DNA of 64,000 bases from an uncultured beta proteobacterium (GCA_963828945.1 CAWHHA010000024.1:29586-93585), one strand, 5' to 3'. Positions 1 to 11,446 are shown, counted from the first letter of the stretch. The notes: generated by a model not told the origin, from the sequence alone. Numbers and translations: made by a program.

Positions 1-850
1 GCCCGTTCAGCGTCTGCGGGTCGACGGTCGGCGCGACCATGCGCACGCGGCCCTGCACCCGCTCGCCATCCGGCGTGGTCAGCGTCGCCGCCATGCCCGG
101 CTTCAGTTTGCCGAGATCGGCTGCACTGACCTCGGCGCGCCATTCGAGGCGACTGCCGCGGATCAGGCGAAACAGTTCCTGCCCCGGTTGCGCCAGTGAA
201 CCGAGCGTGGCGGTACGCGCAGAAATCAAGCCGTCGTCGGGTGCGCGAACAATCGTTTGCGCCAGCCGCAACTGGTCGGCCTGCATTCTGGCGCGCGCGG
301 CGTTCAGTCGGGCGACGGCAGTCTTCTCCGCTGTCAGGTACTGGTTGATCTGCTGGCCGCTTAGAAAACCGGTTTTTTGATACTGACGAGCACGATCACC
401 GTTGGCGCGAGCCTCACTCAGCATCGCCTCGGCCTCGGCAACCGACGCCTTCGACTGCGACAATTCCGCTGCGACCGTGTCGTTGGAAATGCGCGCCAGT
501 ACCTGGCCCTTTTTCACCCGGTCACCCACATTGACCATCACATCGGTCAAGCGCAGGTTGCTGACTTCGGTGCTGATCACCGCTTCCTGCCAGGCGGCAA
601 TATTGCCATTGCTCGTCAGCACGCGCGGCCACTCGGTCAGCTGCGGCGTGATGGCGGCCACAGTCAGGGCGGTCTTCGCATTCGTCGCCTTATTTGGTTC
701 TATATTGGCGTCAGCGGTGACATTCTGGTGTACCCCGCTATCCTTGGCGTCATGAACCACCGCCCAGACAGCCACGCCGCCAAGCGCGATGGCAGACACC
801 CAGGCCAGACGTCTTAATTTTGGTGGAAAAGCGAGTGAAAAGAATGCCAT
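1..850 (-). CDS. RND efflux periplasmic adaptor (membrane fusion protein), runs off left edge
   Basis: Not in ORF track; my translation from ATG 850 gives MAFFSLAF..., an N-terminal TM, lipoyl-like VNVGDRVKKGQVLA, helical hairpin, VRAPDDGLIS, GQELFRLIR, VAPTVDPQT; no stop before the edge. Confidence 0.88.
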   Translation of the reverse strand, partial: MAFFSLAFPPKLRRLAWVSAIALGGVAVWAVVHDAKDSGVHQNVTADANIEPNKATNAKTALTVAAITPQLTEWPRVLTSNGNIAAWQEAVISTEVSNLRLTDVMVNVGDRVKKGQVLARISNDTVAAELSQSKASVAEAEAMLSEARANGDRARQYQKTGFLSGQQINQYLTAEKTAVARLNAARARMQADQLRLAQTIVRAPDDGLISARTATLGSLAQPGQELFRLIRGSRLEWRAEVSAADLGKLKPGMAATLTTPDGERVQGRVRMVAPTVDPQTLNG

Positions 851-916
851 CGATCAACCTTGAATTCGTTTTGTAAGCGCACGGAAATCGCCAGCGATTT
901 AACCCCGGAAGTTTAT

Positions 917-2191
917 ATGCAAACAGAACGCGCACGCCAACTGCTGCTGGGCTCGTTTCACGCTGCCATTGCAGCAGCCAATCCCGCACATATCCTGCCG
1001 GCCCACCTGCCTGCGCCGCCACGCGGCCGCACCCTGGTTGTCGGTGGCGGCAAAGCTGCAGCCAGCATGGCCGCAGCCCTAGAAGCACACTGGCCGGCCG
1101 ATGCACTCCTGTCCGGCCTGGTCGTCACCCGCTATCAGCACAGTCTGCCGGCACGGCGCATCGAAATCGTCGAAGCCAGCCATCCCCTGCCAGATGGCCG
1201 CGGCGAAGCGGCAGCGTTGCGCATGCTGGAACTGGCCAGCCAGCTGGAACCAGACGATTTGCTGCTGGCGATGATTTCCGGTGGAGGCTCCAGCCTGCTT
1301 GCCGCACCGGTCGAGGGCGTCACGCTGAAGGAGCTGCGGCAAGTTACCAAGGCGCTGCTGCATGCCGGCGCAACCATCCACGACATCAACACCGTACGCA
1401 AGCATCTCACCCGCTTGTCGGGTGGACGACTGGCGCAGGCGGCACATCGCGCCCAGGGTCTGGCGTTGATCATTTCCGACGTCGTTGGAGATGACCCCAC
1501 GCACATTGCATCCGGACCCTGTGCGCCCGACCCGACCACCTGCGCCGATGCGCACGACCGGTTGCAGCGCTTCCACATCGCACTGCCCGCTGGTGTCAAA
1601 CGCCATCTGGAGGACTGCGCTGCCAATCAACTGGCCGACACCCCCAAACCCGGAGACGCCTGTTTTAGGCGTATGGAAAACCGCGTCATCGGCAATGCTC
1701 ATGCCAGCCTGTTGGCCGCAGCCGCGTATTTCGAGCAAAACGCTATCCCGGCCCTTCTGCTTTCGGAAGCAGTCAGTGGCGATGCGCAAGCTGTGGCAAA
1801 ACAGCATGCCGCACTGGTCCATGCGCTGGCGCGGCGGCAAACGCTCGCGCTCATATCGGGCGGCGAAACCACGGTTACCTTGCGGCCGCACCATCGCCGA
1901 GGAGGCCGCAATACCGAATATTTACTGGCGCTGACACTGGCCTTGCGCGACACCCCGGCCGCAGCCATTGCATGCGACACCGATGGCATCGACGGCAGCG
2001 AAGACAATGCAGGCGCATTGATCACCACGGATACGCTGGCGCGTGCGCAAGCAATTGGACTGACCCCGCAAGCCTTGCTTGCTGCGCACGACAGCTATGG
2101 ATTCTTTGCGGCGCTCGGCGATCTGGTGCTGACCGGCCCTACACGCACCAACGTCAACGATTATCGAGCCTTGTTGATCGGCCTTGATTAA
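917..2191 (+). CDS. Glycerate 2-kinase (MOFRL/TtuD family)
   Basis: GGGKAAASMA, SGGGSSLL, ISDVVGDD, GGETTV, GGRN, DTDGIDG, TGPTRTNVND motifs; ATG at 917. Confidence 0.9.
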   Translation: MQTERARQLLLGSFHAAIAAANPAHILPAHLPAPPRGRTLVVGGGKAAASMAAALEAHWPADALLSGLVVTRYQHSLPARRIEIVEASHPLPDGRGEAAALRMLELASQLEPDDLLLAMISGGGSSLLAAPVEGVTLKELRQVTKALLHAGATIHDINTVRKHLTRLSGGRLAQAAHRAQGLALIISDVVGDDPTHIASGPCAPDPTTCADAHDRLQRFHIALPAGVKRHLEDCAANQLADTPKPGDACFRRMENRVIGNAHASLLAAAAYFEQNAIPALLLSEAVSGDAQAVAKQHAALVHALARRQTLALISGGETTVTLRPHHRRGGRNTEYLLALTLALRDTPAAAIACDTDGIDGSEDNAGALITTDTLARAQAIGLTPQALLAAHDSYGFFAALGDLVLTGPTRTNVNDYRALLIGLD

Positions 2192-2205
2192 ACCTTTGGC
2201 TGCTT

Positions 2206-2934
2206 CTAATTCAAACGCTGGACCAGAACCGGATCACCGACTTTCAGGCCAAACGCCGTGGCAGCGCTGCCGCGGTTAACTGCAAGCTCCAAGAGACCGA
2301 CGCTGTTGATGAACCAGAACCCTGCTCCCTTGTCGACGAAGCCGAAGCTTTCGCTGTGCCTGAAGGTTTCGCCTGCCGCGCTGATGCGCGCATCTTTGAG
2401 GACGCCGCGAACGCCAGTCCACGCATTACCAAAGTGGTCGATATAAATCACCCGTGCCAGATCACCCGCATCAAACTCAACTTGCAGCTTGTCTATCGGG
2501 CTTAATTTATCGGCAGGAAACTCACCACGCGCAATCTCGGCTGTGATCAGCGCAAACAGATCACGCCCATGAAAAGTTGCTGAAAGCCCATCCGGTCGCC
2601 AGGTAATCCGCCATACCCGGGAATCAGGATGCCGCGCATGAACCACAGACAGCAACCCGTTGTCCGGCCCAACAAACCAGCGTCCTTCCGCCAGCATTAC
2701 TATGGCATCACGCTGTGTTCCAACGCCGGGGTCAACCACAGCGAGAAACACACTGCCGGTTGGAAAGCCGGGCACGAACGCAGCCAGCAAATGCGCGCCT
2801 GCATGCGCATTGAAATCAGGCACTTCATGCAGCAAATCGATGACCTGATGTGCGGGCGCCAGTTCGACCAGTCGCGCTTTAAGCTGACCCACATAGGGAT
2901 CACGCGATCCAAAATCAGTGAAGAGAACAATCAC
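2206..2934 (-). CDS. DUF62 SAM hydrolase (SAM hydroxide adenosyltransferase) family protein
   Basis: TDFG, VVDPGVGTQR, GPDNGLL, SATFHGRDLFA, IDHFGN motifs. Confidence 0.88.
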   Translation of the reverse strand: MIVLFTDFGSRDPYVGQLKARLVELAPAHQVIDLLHEVPDFNAHAGAHLLAAFVPGFPTGSVFLAVVDPGVGTQRDAIVMLAEGRWFVGPDNGLLSVVHARHPDSRVWRITWRPDGLSATFHGRDLFALITAEIARGEFPADKLSPIDKLQVEFDAGDLARVIYIDHFGNAWTGVRGVLKDARISAAGETFRHSESFGFVDKGAGFWFINSVGLLELAVNRGSAATAFGLKVGDPVLVQRLN

Positions 2935-3056
2935 ATGCCTTACCCGTGTTGGTAACTCCAGCGAGTATGCCTAATTAAACCGGAATCTCACAAGTTGCGT
3001 GCAATTGCTTCATCAACAGCAGTGAGCGATTGAGTCGATGGAGCGAAAATCGCGGA

Positions 3057-3090
3057 CATGAAAAAGCCGGGAAAACCCGGCTCTTTCATG
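3057..3090 (-). terminator. Intrinsic terminator of the alpha operon (after rplQ)
   Basis: Hairpin AGCCGGG-TTTT-CCCGGCT followed by a T-run on the minus strand, about 20 nt after the rplQ stop. Confidence 0.8.
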
Positions 3091-3110
3091 CCCGCTATAT
3101 TTTCCGGGGC

Positions 3111-3500
3111 TTATTCGACGTCAACAGCGACTGCATCGCTATCCGGACGATCAACCAGTTCAACCAGCGCCATCGGTGCATTGTCGCCATTACGGAAACC
3201 AAACTTGAGGATACGCAGATAGCCACCCGGACGAGTTTTGTAACGCGGGCCCAACTCGGCGAACAGTTTAACCACCATGTCACGGTCGCGCATGCGATCA
3301 AAAGCCAGACGATGGTTAGCCAGGCTCGGCTCTTTACCCAAGGTAATCAGCGGCTCAACAAAACGGCGCAATTCCTTGGCTTTGGGCAAAGTGGTTTTGA
3401 TTACTTCGTGTTTCAGCAAGGAAACAGTCATGTTGCGAAACATGGCCAGACGATGGCTGGTGGTGCGGTTGAGCTTACGGTTAGATTGACGATGACGCAT
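3111..3500 (-). CDS. rplQ: 50S ribosomal protein L17
   Basis: [17 protein letters not shown]...[10 protein letters not shown]. Confidence 0.98.
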   Translation of the reverse strand: MRHRQSNRKLNRTTSHRLAMFRNMTVSLLKHEVIKTTLPKAKELRRFVEPLITLGKEPSLANHRLAFDRMRDRDMVVKLFAELGPRYKTRPGGYLRILKFGFRNGDNAPMALVELVDRPDSDAVAVDVE

Positions 3501-3581
3501 GGCAAATTCCTTTAAATATATTCTTGGGCAAAGCCGCCAGCCAAGGCGACCCGCACTTTATTATTTAGTTTTTAGTAAAAA

Positions 3582-4562
3582 TTAGGGGCGCTCAAGACCA
3601 GCAGGCGGCCAGTTTTCCAGGCGCATACCCAGCGAAAGGCTGCGCGTGGCGAGCACATCCTTGATTTCGTTCAGCGACTTGCGACCCAGGTTCGGAGTAC
3701 GAAGCAATTCAGACTCCGAGCGCTGAATCAAATCACCAATGAAATAAATATTCTCGGCTTTAAGGCAGTTGGCCGAACGAACAGTCAACTCAAGATCGTC
3801 AACCGGACGCAGCAACAGGGGATCAACCTGCGGCGAACGCGGAAGCTCCGACTCGGCCGGCGTGCCTTCAAGATCGGCGAAAACTGACAACTGCTTGACC
3901 AGAATTCGGGCTGCAGTACGCACAGCTTCTTCCGGCTCAACCACACCGTTGGTTTCAATATCGATGACCAGACGGTCTAGGTCAGTACGCTGTTCAACGC
4001 GTGCACTTTCAACCGAATAGGCAACACGGCGAACTGGGCTGAAAGAAGCGTCCAGGAGAATGGAACCGACAGTACGCGTTTCTTCAGAGACTTTGCGAAC
4101 GCTGGCAGGCTGATACCCACGGCCCGCTTCAACCTTGATTTCCATGTCCAGTTTGCCACCCTTGGTCAGGTGAGCGATCACATGAGCCGGGTTGAGCACT
4201 TCAATGTCGTGGCCGACTTCAATATCACCTGCGGTAACAACACCTTCACCAGACTTGGAGACTTTCAATATGACTTCAGATTTGCCGTGCATCTTGAAAG
4301 CGATACCCTTGAGGTTCAACAGAATGTCCACGACATCCTCCTGAACGCCTTCAATCGTCGAGTATTCGTGCACCACACCGCTGATCGTCACTTCAGTCGG
4401 CGCATAACCGACCATGGATGACAACAGTATGCGACGGAGCGCATTACCGAGAGTGTGACCATAGCCACGCTCGAACGGCTCCATGATGACCTTAGCGTGC
4501 AGCGGTGAAGCACGATCAACTTCCACAATACGTGGCTTGAGAAATTCCGTTGCGCTTTGCAT
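3582..4562 (-). CDS. rpoA: RNA polymerase alpha subunit
   Basis: [22 protein letters not shown]; alpha-[13 protein letters not shown]. Confidence 0.99.
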   Translation of the reverse strand: MQSATEFLKPRIVEVDRASPLHAKVIMEPFERGYGHTLGNALRRILLSSMVGYAPTEVTISGVVHEYSTIEGVQEDVVDILLNLKGIAFKMHGKSEVILKVSKSGEGVVTAGDIEVGHDIEVLNPAHVIAHLTKGGKLDMEIKVEAGRGYQPASVRKVSEETRTVGSILLDASFSPVRRVAYSVESARVEQRTDLDRLVIDIETNGVVEPEEAVRTAARILVKQLSVFADLEGTPAESELPRSPQVDPLLLRPVDDLELTVRSANCLKAENIYFIGDLIQRSESELLRTPNLGRKSLNEIKDVLATRSLSLGMRLENWPPAGLERP

Positions 4563-4605
4563 AAAGTACGTTTCCTTAACACCTGGCCATTAAGACCGGC
4601 CCAGC

Positions 4606-5235
4606 TTATTTGGAATACAGTTCAACAACCAGAGATTCGTTGATGGTCGACGGCAGTTCCGAACGTAGCGGAGCAGCTTTATAGGTGCCCTTCAACGCTT
4701 TGGCATCAACCTCAACCCACTCAGGATATCCACGCGCGGCAGTAGCTTCTGCTGCCGCTTTGATACGCAAGTGCGCCTTGGCCTTTTCTGCCACTTCGAC
4801 CACATCACCCGCACGCACTTGGTACGAAGGGATATTGACCCGACGGCCGTTAACGGTAATGCCGTTGTGACGCAAAACCTGACGCGCCTCGGTGCGCGAA
4901 GCACCGAAACCCATGCGGTAGCAGACGGAATCCAGACGCGACTCCAGCATCGACAGCAGGTTTTCACCGGTGACGCCTTTGCGGCTGTCAGCGCGCTTGT
5001 AAGTCAGGCGGAACTGGCCTTCCAGCACGCCATAAATGCGACGAATTTTTTGTTTTTCACGCAACTGCACGCCATAACCGGACAAACGGGCACCGCTTTT
5101 CTGGCCATGCTGACCTGGCGCATATGGACGGCGCTCAATTGCGCATTTGTCAGTAAAACACTTCTCGCCTTTGAGGAAGAGCTTTTCGCCCTCACGACGG
5201 CACTGACGGCATTTGGGATCAAGATTACGAGCCAT
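4606..5235 (-). CDS. rpsD: 30S ribosomal protein S4
   Basis: [16 protein letters not shown]...QLREKQK; ATG at 5235. Confidence 0.98.
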   Translation of the reverse strand: MARNLDPKCRQCRREGEKLFLKGEKCFTDKCAIERRPYAPGQHGQKSGARLSGYGVQLREKQKIRRIYGVLEGQFRLTYKRADSRKGVTGENLLSMLESRLDSVCYRMGFGASRTEARQVLRHNGITVNGRRVNIPSYQVRAGDVVEVAEKAKAHLRIKAAAEATAARGYPEWVEVDAKALKGTYKAAPLRSELPSTINESLVVELYSK

Positions 5236-5249
5236 GATTTTCCCTAGTA

Positions 5250-5642
5250 TTAGATACGACGCTTTTTGGAAGGACGGCAACCGTTGTGCGGAATGGGGGT
5301 CACATCAGAGATCGTCAGGATCTTGAAACCCAAAGCATTCAACGCACGAACAGTGGACTCGCGGCCAGGACCCGGCCCCTTGATTCGCACTTCCAGATTC
5401 TTTACACCACACTCCTGGGCAATCTTGCCTGCGTTTTCAGCCGCAACCTGCGCCGCAAACGGAGTCGATTTACGCGAACCCTTAAAGCCCGCCCCACCTG
5501 CCGTGGCCCAAGAAAGGGCGTTACCCTGGCGATCAGTAATCGTCACGATGGTGTTATTGAATGAGGCATGAATATGGGCAATACCTTCTGCCACATTTTT
5601 CTTTACCTTCTTGCGAACGCGAGCTGCTGTTTTCGTAGCCAT
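5250..5642 (-). CDS. rpsK: 30S ribosomal protein S11
   Basis: [31 protein letters not shown]. Confidence 0.98.
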   Translation of the reverse strand: MATKTAARVRKKVKKNVAEGIAHIHASFNNTIVTITDRQGNALSWATAGGAGFKGSRKSTPFAAQVAAENAGKIAQECGVKNLEVRIKGPGPGRESTVRALNALGFKILTISDVTPIPHNGCRPSKKRRI

Positions 5643-5651
5643 GTCTAAACC

Positions 5652-6008
5652 TTATTTTCTGATGGCCTTGCGCGGGCCCTTGCGGGTCCGGGCATTGGTA
5701 CGGGTACGTTGACCGCGTGCCGGCAAGCCTTTGCGATGACGGAAACCGCGGTAACAACCGAGATCCATCAAACGTTTGATGTTCATGGTAATTTCACGAC
5801 GAAGGTCACCTTCGACCGTGAACTTGGCCACGCCTTCACGCAGACGCTCCATCTCCGCTTCAGTCAAGTCCTTGATTTTTGACGACTGGGCAATGCCAGA
5901 AGCGTCACAAATCTTTCCAGACGTTGTACGACCGATACCGAAAATGGCGGTCAACGCAATAACCGCGTGTTGATGATTCGGGATATTAACCCCTGCAATA
6001 CGAGCCAT
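5652..6008 (-). CDS. rpsM: 30S ribosomal protein S13
   Basis: [10 protein letters not shown]...[14 protein letters not shown]. Confidence 0.98.
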   Translation of the reverse strand: MARIAGVNIPNHQHAVIALTAIFGIGRTTSGKICDASGIAQSSKIKDLTEAEMERLREGVAKFTVEGDLRREITMNIKRLMDLGCYRGFRHRKGLPARGQRTRTNARTRKGPRKAIRK

Positions 6009-6036
6009 TGGCAAAGCTCCGAGCGCAAAACGAAAT

Positions 6037-6045
6037 ATTATAACA
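6037..6045 (-). promoter_or_regulatory. Putative alpha-operon promoter (extended -10)
   Basis: TGtTATAAT about 30 nt upstream of rpsM. Confidence 0.5.
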
Positions 6046-6093
6046 CATCAACCAGATTTTTAGTTGACTCGAATTCAAAACCGCAACCCAGAT

Positions 6094-6207
6094 TTAACCC
6101 TGGCGCTGCTTGTGACGGGGGTCGTCGCAAATAACACGAACAACTCCTTTACGACGTACAACCTTGCATTTACGACACATTTTTTTAACAGAAGCCTGAA
6201 CTCTCAT
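6094..6207 (-). CDS. rpmJ: 50S ribosomal protein L36 (zinc-ribbon type)
   Basis: Not in ORF track; translates [44 protein letters not shown]. Confidence 0.97.
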   Translation of the reverse strand: MRVQASVKKMCRKCKVVRRKGVVRVICDDPRHKQRQG

Positions 6208-6249
6208 GGTTCTCTCCATTCACCATCGGCAGCAACTGCCGAACAAAAA

Positions 6250-6450
6250 CAATTAATCAAATGTCACGTGACACTTCGTCAACAGGATTGGGTTGATCGG
6301 CGGTATGCGGTTAATCCATACATCATGAAGGCACAACGCATTCATATATCTCAGGCATTCACGCTAAGGACTTGCTTGTCTCAAGGCAGTAGGGTGAAAC
6401 AGAAACCAGCCAGTCAAACATCCCGACCCAATGCAAAATTCTTTTTTAAA
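6250..6450 (-). pseudogene. Possible heavily eroded infA remnant
   Basis: Occupies the usual secY-infA-rpmJ slot and is of similar length; one frame keeps K3-E4-x-x-I7, P-x-A and R-I-x-P near IF-1 register but has no ATG and an internal stop; weak. Confidence 0.25.
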
Positions 6451-7764
6451 TCAACGACCAACAAGGCCACTCTTAAAGTTTGCTTTTTTGAGCAATCCTT
6501 CATATTGATGGGACATAACGTAAGCCTGAACTTGCGCCATGAAATCCATTGTTACCACCACAATAATAAGCAGTGAAGTGCCACCAAAGTAGAAAGGCAC
6601 ATTCCACTTCAAAATCAAAAACTCTGGCAGCAAACAAACCAATGTGATGTAGATCGCCCCCACCAGCGTGAGCCGGGTCAGTATCTTGTCGATATAACGT
6701 GCGGTCTGATCACCCGGACGAATACCTGGAACAAACGCACCACTTTTCTTCAAGTTATCAGCCGTTTCCTTGGAATTAAAAACCAAGGCGGTATAAAAGA
6801 AGCAGAAGAAAATAATCGCAAGCGCGTACAACAATACATAAACCGGTTGGCCAGGCGACAAGGTGGAGGCAATGTCTTTCAGCCAGCCCAAGCCATCCTT
6901 ACTACCAAACCAACCCGCAAGCGTTGCCGGGAACAGAATGATGCTGGATGCGAAGATGGGCGGAATCACACCAGCCATATTCAATTTAAGGGGCAGATGT
7001 GAACTCTGACCACCTACTACCATTTTGCCAACCTGGCGCTTCGCATAGTTGACCAAAATCTTACGCTGGCCACGTTCGACAAAAACGACCAAAGCAGTAA
7101 CCAGCAACACGGCCACAAACAACATCAGCACAAGCGGAATAGAAAACGCTCCCGTGCGCGTCAACTCAAGCGTCCCACCGATCGCATGCGGCAGTCCCGC
7201 AGCAATACCAGCGAAAATAATGATCGAGATTCCATTGCCCAGACCACGCTCAGTAATCTGCTCACCCAGCCACATCAAGAAAAGCGTACCTGCCGTTAGC
7301 GTAACAACCGTTGTCAAACGAAAGGCCATTCCAGGATCGAGCACCAAGCCTGCTTGCGATTCAAGCGCAATCGCAATACCAACAGCCTGGAATAGCGCCA
7401 GAAACAACGTTCCGTAACGGGTGTACTGGGTAATCTTGCGGCGACCCGACTCGCCCTCTTTCTTCAACGCTTCCAACTGAGGGGAAACAGTCGTCATTAG
7501 CTGCACAATAATCGAAGCAGAAATGTACGGCATGATTCCAAGCGCAAAAACGCTGAAACGAGACAGCGCCCCCCCCGAGAACATGTTGAACATGCCTAAT
7601 ATGCCACCCTGCTGTGATTTAAACAGCTGGTCAAGCACCAGGGGATCGATTCCCGGAACCGGAATAAACGTACCGATACGGTATACGATCAAAGCGCCCA
7701 GCAAGAACAGCAAGCGACGCTTAAGGTCACCATATTTGTTCATGCCAGTTTTAGGCGTAGCCAA
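6451..7764 (-). CDS. secY: Preprotein translocase subunit SecY
   Basis: [46 protein letters not shown]; probable TTG start at 7764 after GAGGA. Confidence 0.97.
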   Translation of the reverse strand: MATPKTGMNKYGDLKRRLLFLLGALIVYRIGTFIPVPGIDPLVLDQLFKSQQGGILGMFNMFSGGALSRFSVFALGIMPYISASIIVQLMTTVSPQLEALKKEGESGRRKITQYTRYGTLFLALFQAVGIAIALESQAGLVLDPGMAFRLTTVVTLTAGTLFLMWLGEQITERGLGNGISIIIFAGIAAGLPHAIGGTLELTRTGAFSIPLVLMLFVAVLLVTALVVFVERGQRKILVNYAKRQVGKMVVGGQSSHLPLKLNMAGVIPPIFASSIILFPATLAGWFGSKDGLGWLKDIASTLSPGQPVYVLLYALAIIFFCFFYTALVFNSKETADNLKKSGAFVPGIRPGDQTARYIDKILTRLTLVGAIYITLVCLLPEFLILKWNVPFYFGGTSLLIIVVVTMDFMAQVQAYVMSHQYEGLLKKANFKSGLVGR

Positions 7765-7783
7765 AATGCGAGTCCTCGGAGGA

Positions 7784-8218
7784 TCAGTCGGCGATGCTGC
7801 CGCCGGCCGCTTCGATCGCAGCACGCGCACCCTTCGTGACAGCAATGCCACGCAGTTTGATCGCCTTGTTAATCTCGCCAGCCAGGTAAACCTTCGCCGC
7901 ACGCACCGCAACACTCACCACGCCGGCTTGTTTCAATACCAACAAATCAATTTCATCGACGCCCATTGACTCGAGTTCAGAAACTCGAACATGAGCAGTG
8001 TTGGCTTTAGTCAAAGACACAAAACCGCGTTTCGGCAGACGACGATGCATAGGCATCTGGCCGCCTTCAAAACCCACCTTATGGAAGCCACCCGAACGCG
8101 AAGACTGGCCCTTATGACCACGGCCTGCGGTTTTACCCAGGCCAGACCCAATACCACGACCCACACGGCGCTTGTTCTTCTTCGCGCCGTCAGCCGGTTT
8201 AATGTTATTCAGTTCCAT
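7784..8218 (-). CDS. rplO: 50S ribosomal protein L15
   Basis: [29 protein letters not shown]. Confidence 0.98.
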   Translation of the reverse strand: MELNNIKPADGAKKNKRRVGRGIGSGLGKTAGRGHKGQSSRSGGFHKVGFEGGQMPMHRRLPKRGFVSLTKANTAHVRVSELESMGVDEIDLLVLKQAGVVSVAVRAAKVYLAGEINKAIKLRGIAVTKGARAAIEAAGGSIAD

Positions 8219-8404
8219 TTAAGCCTCGCACTTCACCAGATAAGCAACCTTGGTTATCATTCCACGGTTTTCCGGCGTATCCAGCACCTCAACAGTCTGG
8301 TGCATCCGACGCAAACCCAAGCCACGTACACAAGCACGATGTGCTTCTTTGGTGCCAATCAGGCTTTTGATTTGCGTTACCTTGATCTTTTTCTGTTCAG
8401 TCAT
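8219..8404 (-). CDS. rpmD: 50S ribosomal protein L30
   Basis: KSLIG...GLGLRR...DTPENRGMI. Confidence 0.97.
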   Translation of the reverse strand: MTEQKKIKVTQIKSLIGTKEAHRACVRGLGLRRMHQTVEVLDTPENRGMITKVAYLVKCEA

Positions 8405-8407
8405 GAC

Positions 8408-8923
8408 TTACCCCGTGACGTCTTCAACTGACTTGCCGCGCTTGGCCGCAATTTCATACGGTGTCGACATTTTCATCAAGCCGTCGATGGTCGCACGTAC
8501 AACGTTATAGGGATTGGTCGAGCCCAGGCATTTGGCCAACACGTTCTGCACGCCCATCACTTCGAACACGGCTCGCATTGCACCACCGGCAATGATGCCA
8601 GTACCTTCAGACGCCGGCTGGATCAGCACGCGCGAAGCGCCATGATGACCGACCACCGTATGATGGAAAGTGCCGCTTTTCAAATTGATCTTGACCAATT
8701 TGCGACGCGCTTCTTCCATTGCCTTCTGGACCGCAACAGGCACTTCACGGGATTTACCCTTGCCCATTCCAATGCCGCCATCGCCATCGCCAACTACGGT
8801 CAATGCCGCGAATCCCATGATCCGTCCACCTTTCACCACTTTGGTGACACGGTTGACAGAAATCATCTTCTCGCGCAAGCCGTCGCCGCGCTCTTCGTTA
8901 CTATTAGGTGCTGTACGGGCCAT
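8408..8923 (-). CDS. rpsE: 30S ribosomal protein S5
   Basis: [24 protein letters not shown]. Confidence 0.98.
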   Translation of the reverse strand: MARTAPNSNEERGDGLREKMISVNRVTKVVKGGRIMGFAALTVVGDGDGGIGMGKGKSREVPVAVQKAMEEARRKLVKINLKSGTFHHTVVGHHGASRVLIQPASEGTGIIAGGAMRAVFEVMGVQNVLAKCLGSTNPYNVVRATIDGLMKMSTPYEIAAKRGKSVEDVTG

Positions 8924-8938
8924 CTTGGGTCTGCCTCG

Positions 8939-9292
8939 TTAAAATACCAAACCGCCTTCGCGGGCCGCTTCAGCCAAGGCTTTAACACGCCCATGGAACT
9001 GGAAGCCAGACCGGTCAAAAGCTACTTTTTCAATTCCCAAACCCTTGGCTTTTTCAGCCAGGCGCTTGCCGACTGCTGTAGCAGCATCAACATTTCCACC
9101 ATTAGGCAATTGAGCACGCATGTCTTTATCATTGCTTGAGACACTGGTCATTACCGTGCCACCATCCGCAGAAATGATCTGTGCATATATATGGCTGTTG
9201 GTGCGATTGATCGAAAGCCGAATCGCCTTAACGGCCGCGATTTTGGCGCGGGTTTTACGCGACCGGCGAATCCGTGATTGCTTGGTGTTCAT
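8939..9292 (-). CDS. rplR: 50S ribosomal protein L18
   Basis: [31 protein letters not shown]. Confidence 0.98.
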   Translation of the reverse strand: MNTKQSRIRRSRKTRAKIAAVKAIRLSINRTNSHIYAQIISADGGTVMTSVSSNDKDMRAQLPNGGNVDAATAVGKRLAEKAKGLGIEKVAFDRSGFQFHGRVKALAEAAREGGLVF

Positions 9293-9308
9293 TGTTTATC
9301 CTTAAACC

Positions 9309-9839
9309 TTACTTCTTCTTGGTCTCTTTCTTGATAACGACTTCGTCGCTATAGCGGACACCCTTGCCCTTATAGGGCTCTGGCGGACGGTACGAGCGCA
9401 CATCAGCAGCTATCTGCCCAACAACCTGGCGATCAACACCCTTGATGACAATTTCAGTCTGGGTGGGCGTCTCAACCTTGATACCAGCCGGCATCTTGTG
9501 CACAACCGGATGCGAGAAGCCCAAGGTCAAATTGAGCGAATCGCCTTGAGCCTGCGCGCGATAACCCACGCCAACCAAGAGCAACTTCTTCTCAAAACCC
9601 TTGGACACACCATTAACCATATTGTTAACAAGCGCGCGCATCGTTCCGGCCATCGCATTTGACTGGATGCTGGAAGTAGCCGGGGCAAAAGTAAGAACGC
9701 CAGCATTGAGAGCAACATTGACATCGCTTGACATAGACTGAGTCAACGAACCCAACGGCCCTTTGACAGAAATCTTTGCACCCAGGACAACCTCTACACC
9801 AGCAGGCAAGGAAATAGGATTTTTAGCAACACGTGACAT
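9309..9839 (-). CDS. rplF: 50S ribosomal protein L6
   Basis: [22 protein letters not shown]. Confidence 0.98.
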   Translation of the reverse strand: MSRVAKNPISLPAGVEVVLGAKISVKGPLGSLTQSMSSDVNVALNAGVLTFAPATSSIQSNAMAGTMRALVNNMVNGVSKGFEKKLLLVGVGYRAQAQGDSLNLTLGFSHPVVHKMPAGIKVETPTQTEIVIKGVDRQVVGQIAADVRSYRPPEPYKGKGVRYSDEVVIKKETKKK

Positions 9840-9851
9840 ATCCGCTCCCCC

Positions 9852-10247
9852 TTACGCTACGACGCACAGAACTTCACCGCCCACGCCTTTAGCGCGAGCA
9901 TTACGATCAGTCATCACACCGCTTGACGTGGACACAATCGCCACACCCAAGCCATTCATCACTCGCGGCAGATCTTCAACGCCTTTGTAAATCCGCAAAC
10001 CAGGCTTGCTTACACGCTCAATTCTCTCAATCACAGGGCGGCCAGCATAATATTTAAGCTGCAGTTCAAGCTCAGGTTTTCCGGCTTCGCCACGTATGGC
10101 GAAACCATCGATATAACCCTCGTCAGCAAGCACTTTGGCAATAGCAACTTTGACCTTAGAAGAGGGCATCGAGACGACTGCCTTTTCAACGGCTTGCGCA
10201 TTACGGATGCGGGTCAGCATATCCGCGATCGGATCACTCATACTCAT
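9852..10247 (-). CDS. rpsH: 30S ribosomal protein S8
   Basis: [27 protein letters not shown]. Confidence 0.98.
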   Translation of the reverse strand: MSMSDPIADMLTRIRNAQAVEKAVVSMPSSKVKVAIAKVLADEGYIDGFAIRGEAGKPELELQLKYYAGRPVIERIERVSKPGLRIYKGVEDLPRVMNGLGVAIVSTSSGVMTDRNARAKGVGGEVLCVVA

Positions 10248-10260
10248 ATCGTCTTACCCC

Positions 10261-10565
10261 TTACCAGCTTGCCTTGACGATGCCCGGAATTTCTCCACGC
10301 ATCGCATATTCACGCACCTTGCTTCGCGCCAGACCGAATTTGCTGAACACACCACGCGGACGACCAGTCAGCTGACAGCGATTACGCAAACGCACAGGAC
10401 TGGAGTCGCGAGGCAATTCCTGCAAGGTCTTATACGCAGCCATACGATCTTCATCGCTTGTTTTCATGTTTGAAATCAAGGCTTTGAGCTCAGAACGTTT
10501 GGCGGCGTACTTTTTCACCATACGCGACGCTTTTCTTCGCGGTTAATCAAGGACAACTTAGCCAT
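10261..10565 (-). CDS. rpsN: 30S ribosomal protein S14 (apparent 1-nt deletion near 10523)
   Basis: [14 protein letters not shown] from ATG 10565 shifts into MVKKYAAKR...[12 protein letters not shown]; span is 305 nt versus 306 expected. Confidence 0.95.
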
Positions 10566-10572
10566 GCCTACC

Positions 10573-11112
10573 TCAATTCTTGAACGGGAAACTAAAGGCA
10601 GCAAGCAAGGCTCGTGCTTCTTCATCAGTTTTTGCAGTGGTGGTGATGGTGATATTCATCCCACGCAATGCATCAATTTTGTCATATTCGATTTCAGGGA
10701 AAATGATCTGCTCTTTAACGCCCATGTTGTAATTGCCACGACCATCAAAGGATTTACCTGAAATACCACGAAAGTCACGGATACGCGGCATAGCCACCGA
10801 CACCAGGCGATCCAGAAATTCATACATCTGCTCGCGACGCAACGTAACCATGCAACCCACCGGGTAGTTGTCACGAATCTTGAAGCCCGCAATCGATTTC
10901 TTCGACTTGGTGACAACCGGCTTCTGACCAGCAATTTTCTGCATGTCAGAAACAGCGTGATCCATGACTTTCTTGTCTGCCACAGCCTCGCCCACACCCA
11001 TATTCAGAGTGATTTTCTCGATGCGAGGCACTTCCATGACGGACTTGTAGCCAAACTGTTCAATCAGTTTTGGCACTACCGTCTCACGATAAAACTCTTG
11101 AAAACGCGCCAT
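10573..11112 (-). CDS. rplE: 50S ribosomal protein L5
   Basis: [26 protein letters not shown]. Confidence 0.98.
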   Translation of the reverse strand: MARFQEFYRETVVPKLIEQFGYKSVMEVPRIEKITLNMGVGEAVADKKVMDHAVSDMQKIAGQKPVVTKSKKSIAGFKIRDNYPVGCMVTLRREQMYEFLDRLVSVAMPRIRDFRGISGKSFDGRGNYNMGVKEQIIFPEIEYDKIDALRGMNITITTTAKTDEEARALLAAFSFPFKN

Positions 11113-11114
11113 GA

Positions 11115-11438
11115 TTACCCCTGTGCGTCGACCATCTCGCCATTGGACTTAAACACGCGAACTTTGCGGCCATCCTCCAGCACCTTAAAACCAACACGAT
11201 CCGCCTTCTGCGTCGCCACATTAAACAAGGCGATATTTGAAGCCTGGATCGGCATCTCTTTTTCAACAATCCCGCCCTGAATATTGCGCATGGGATTCGG
11301 CTTCTGATGTTTCTTGACGCGATTTACGCCCTCAACCAACAGATGCCCGGTATCCAAAACACGCAGCACAGTTCCGCGCTTACCTTTGTCTTTTCCGGTC
11401 AGGACAATCACCTGATCGCTTTTATGAATACGTGCCAT
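11115..11438 (-). CDS. rplX: 50S ribosomal protein L24
   Basis: [20 protein letters not shown]. Confidence 0.98.
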   Translation of the reverse strand: MARIHKSDQVIVLTGKDKGKRGTVLRVLDTGHLLVEGVNRVKKHQKPNPMRNIQGGIVEKEMPIQASNIALFNVATQKADRVGFKVLEDGRKVRVFKSNGEMVDAQG

Positions 11439-11446
11439 GATTTTCC

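Noticed and set aside
2206-2934. SAM-dependent fluorinase or chlorinase
   Set aside because: It keeps the hydrolase-type Asp-Arg-His motifs and has no biosynthetic cluster nearby
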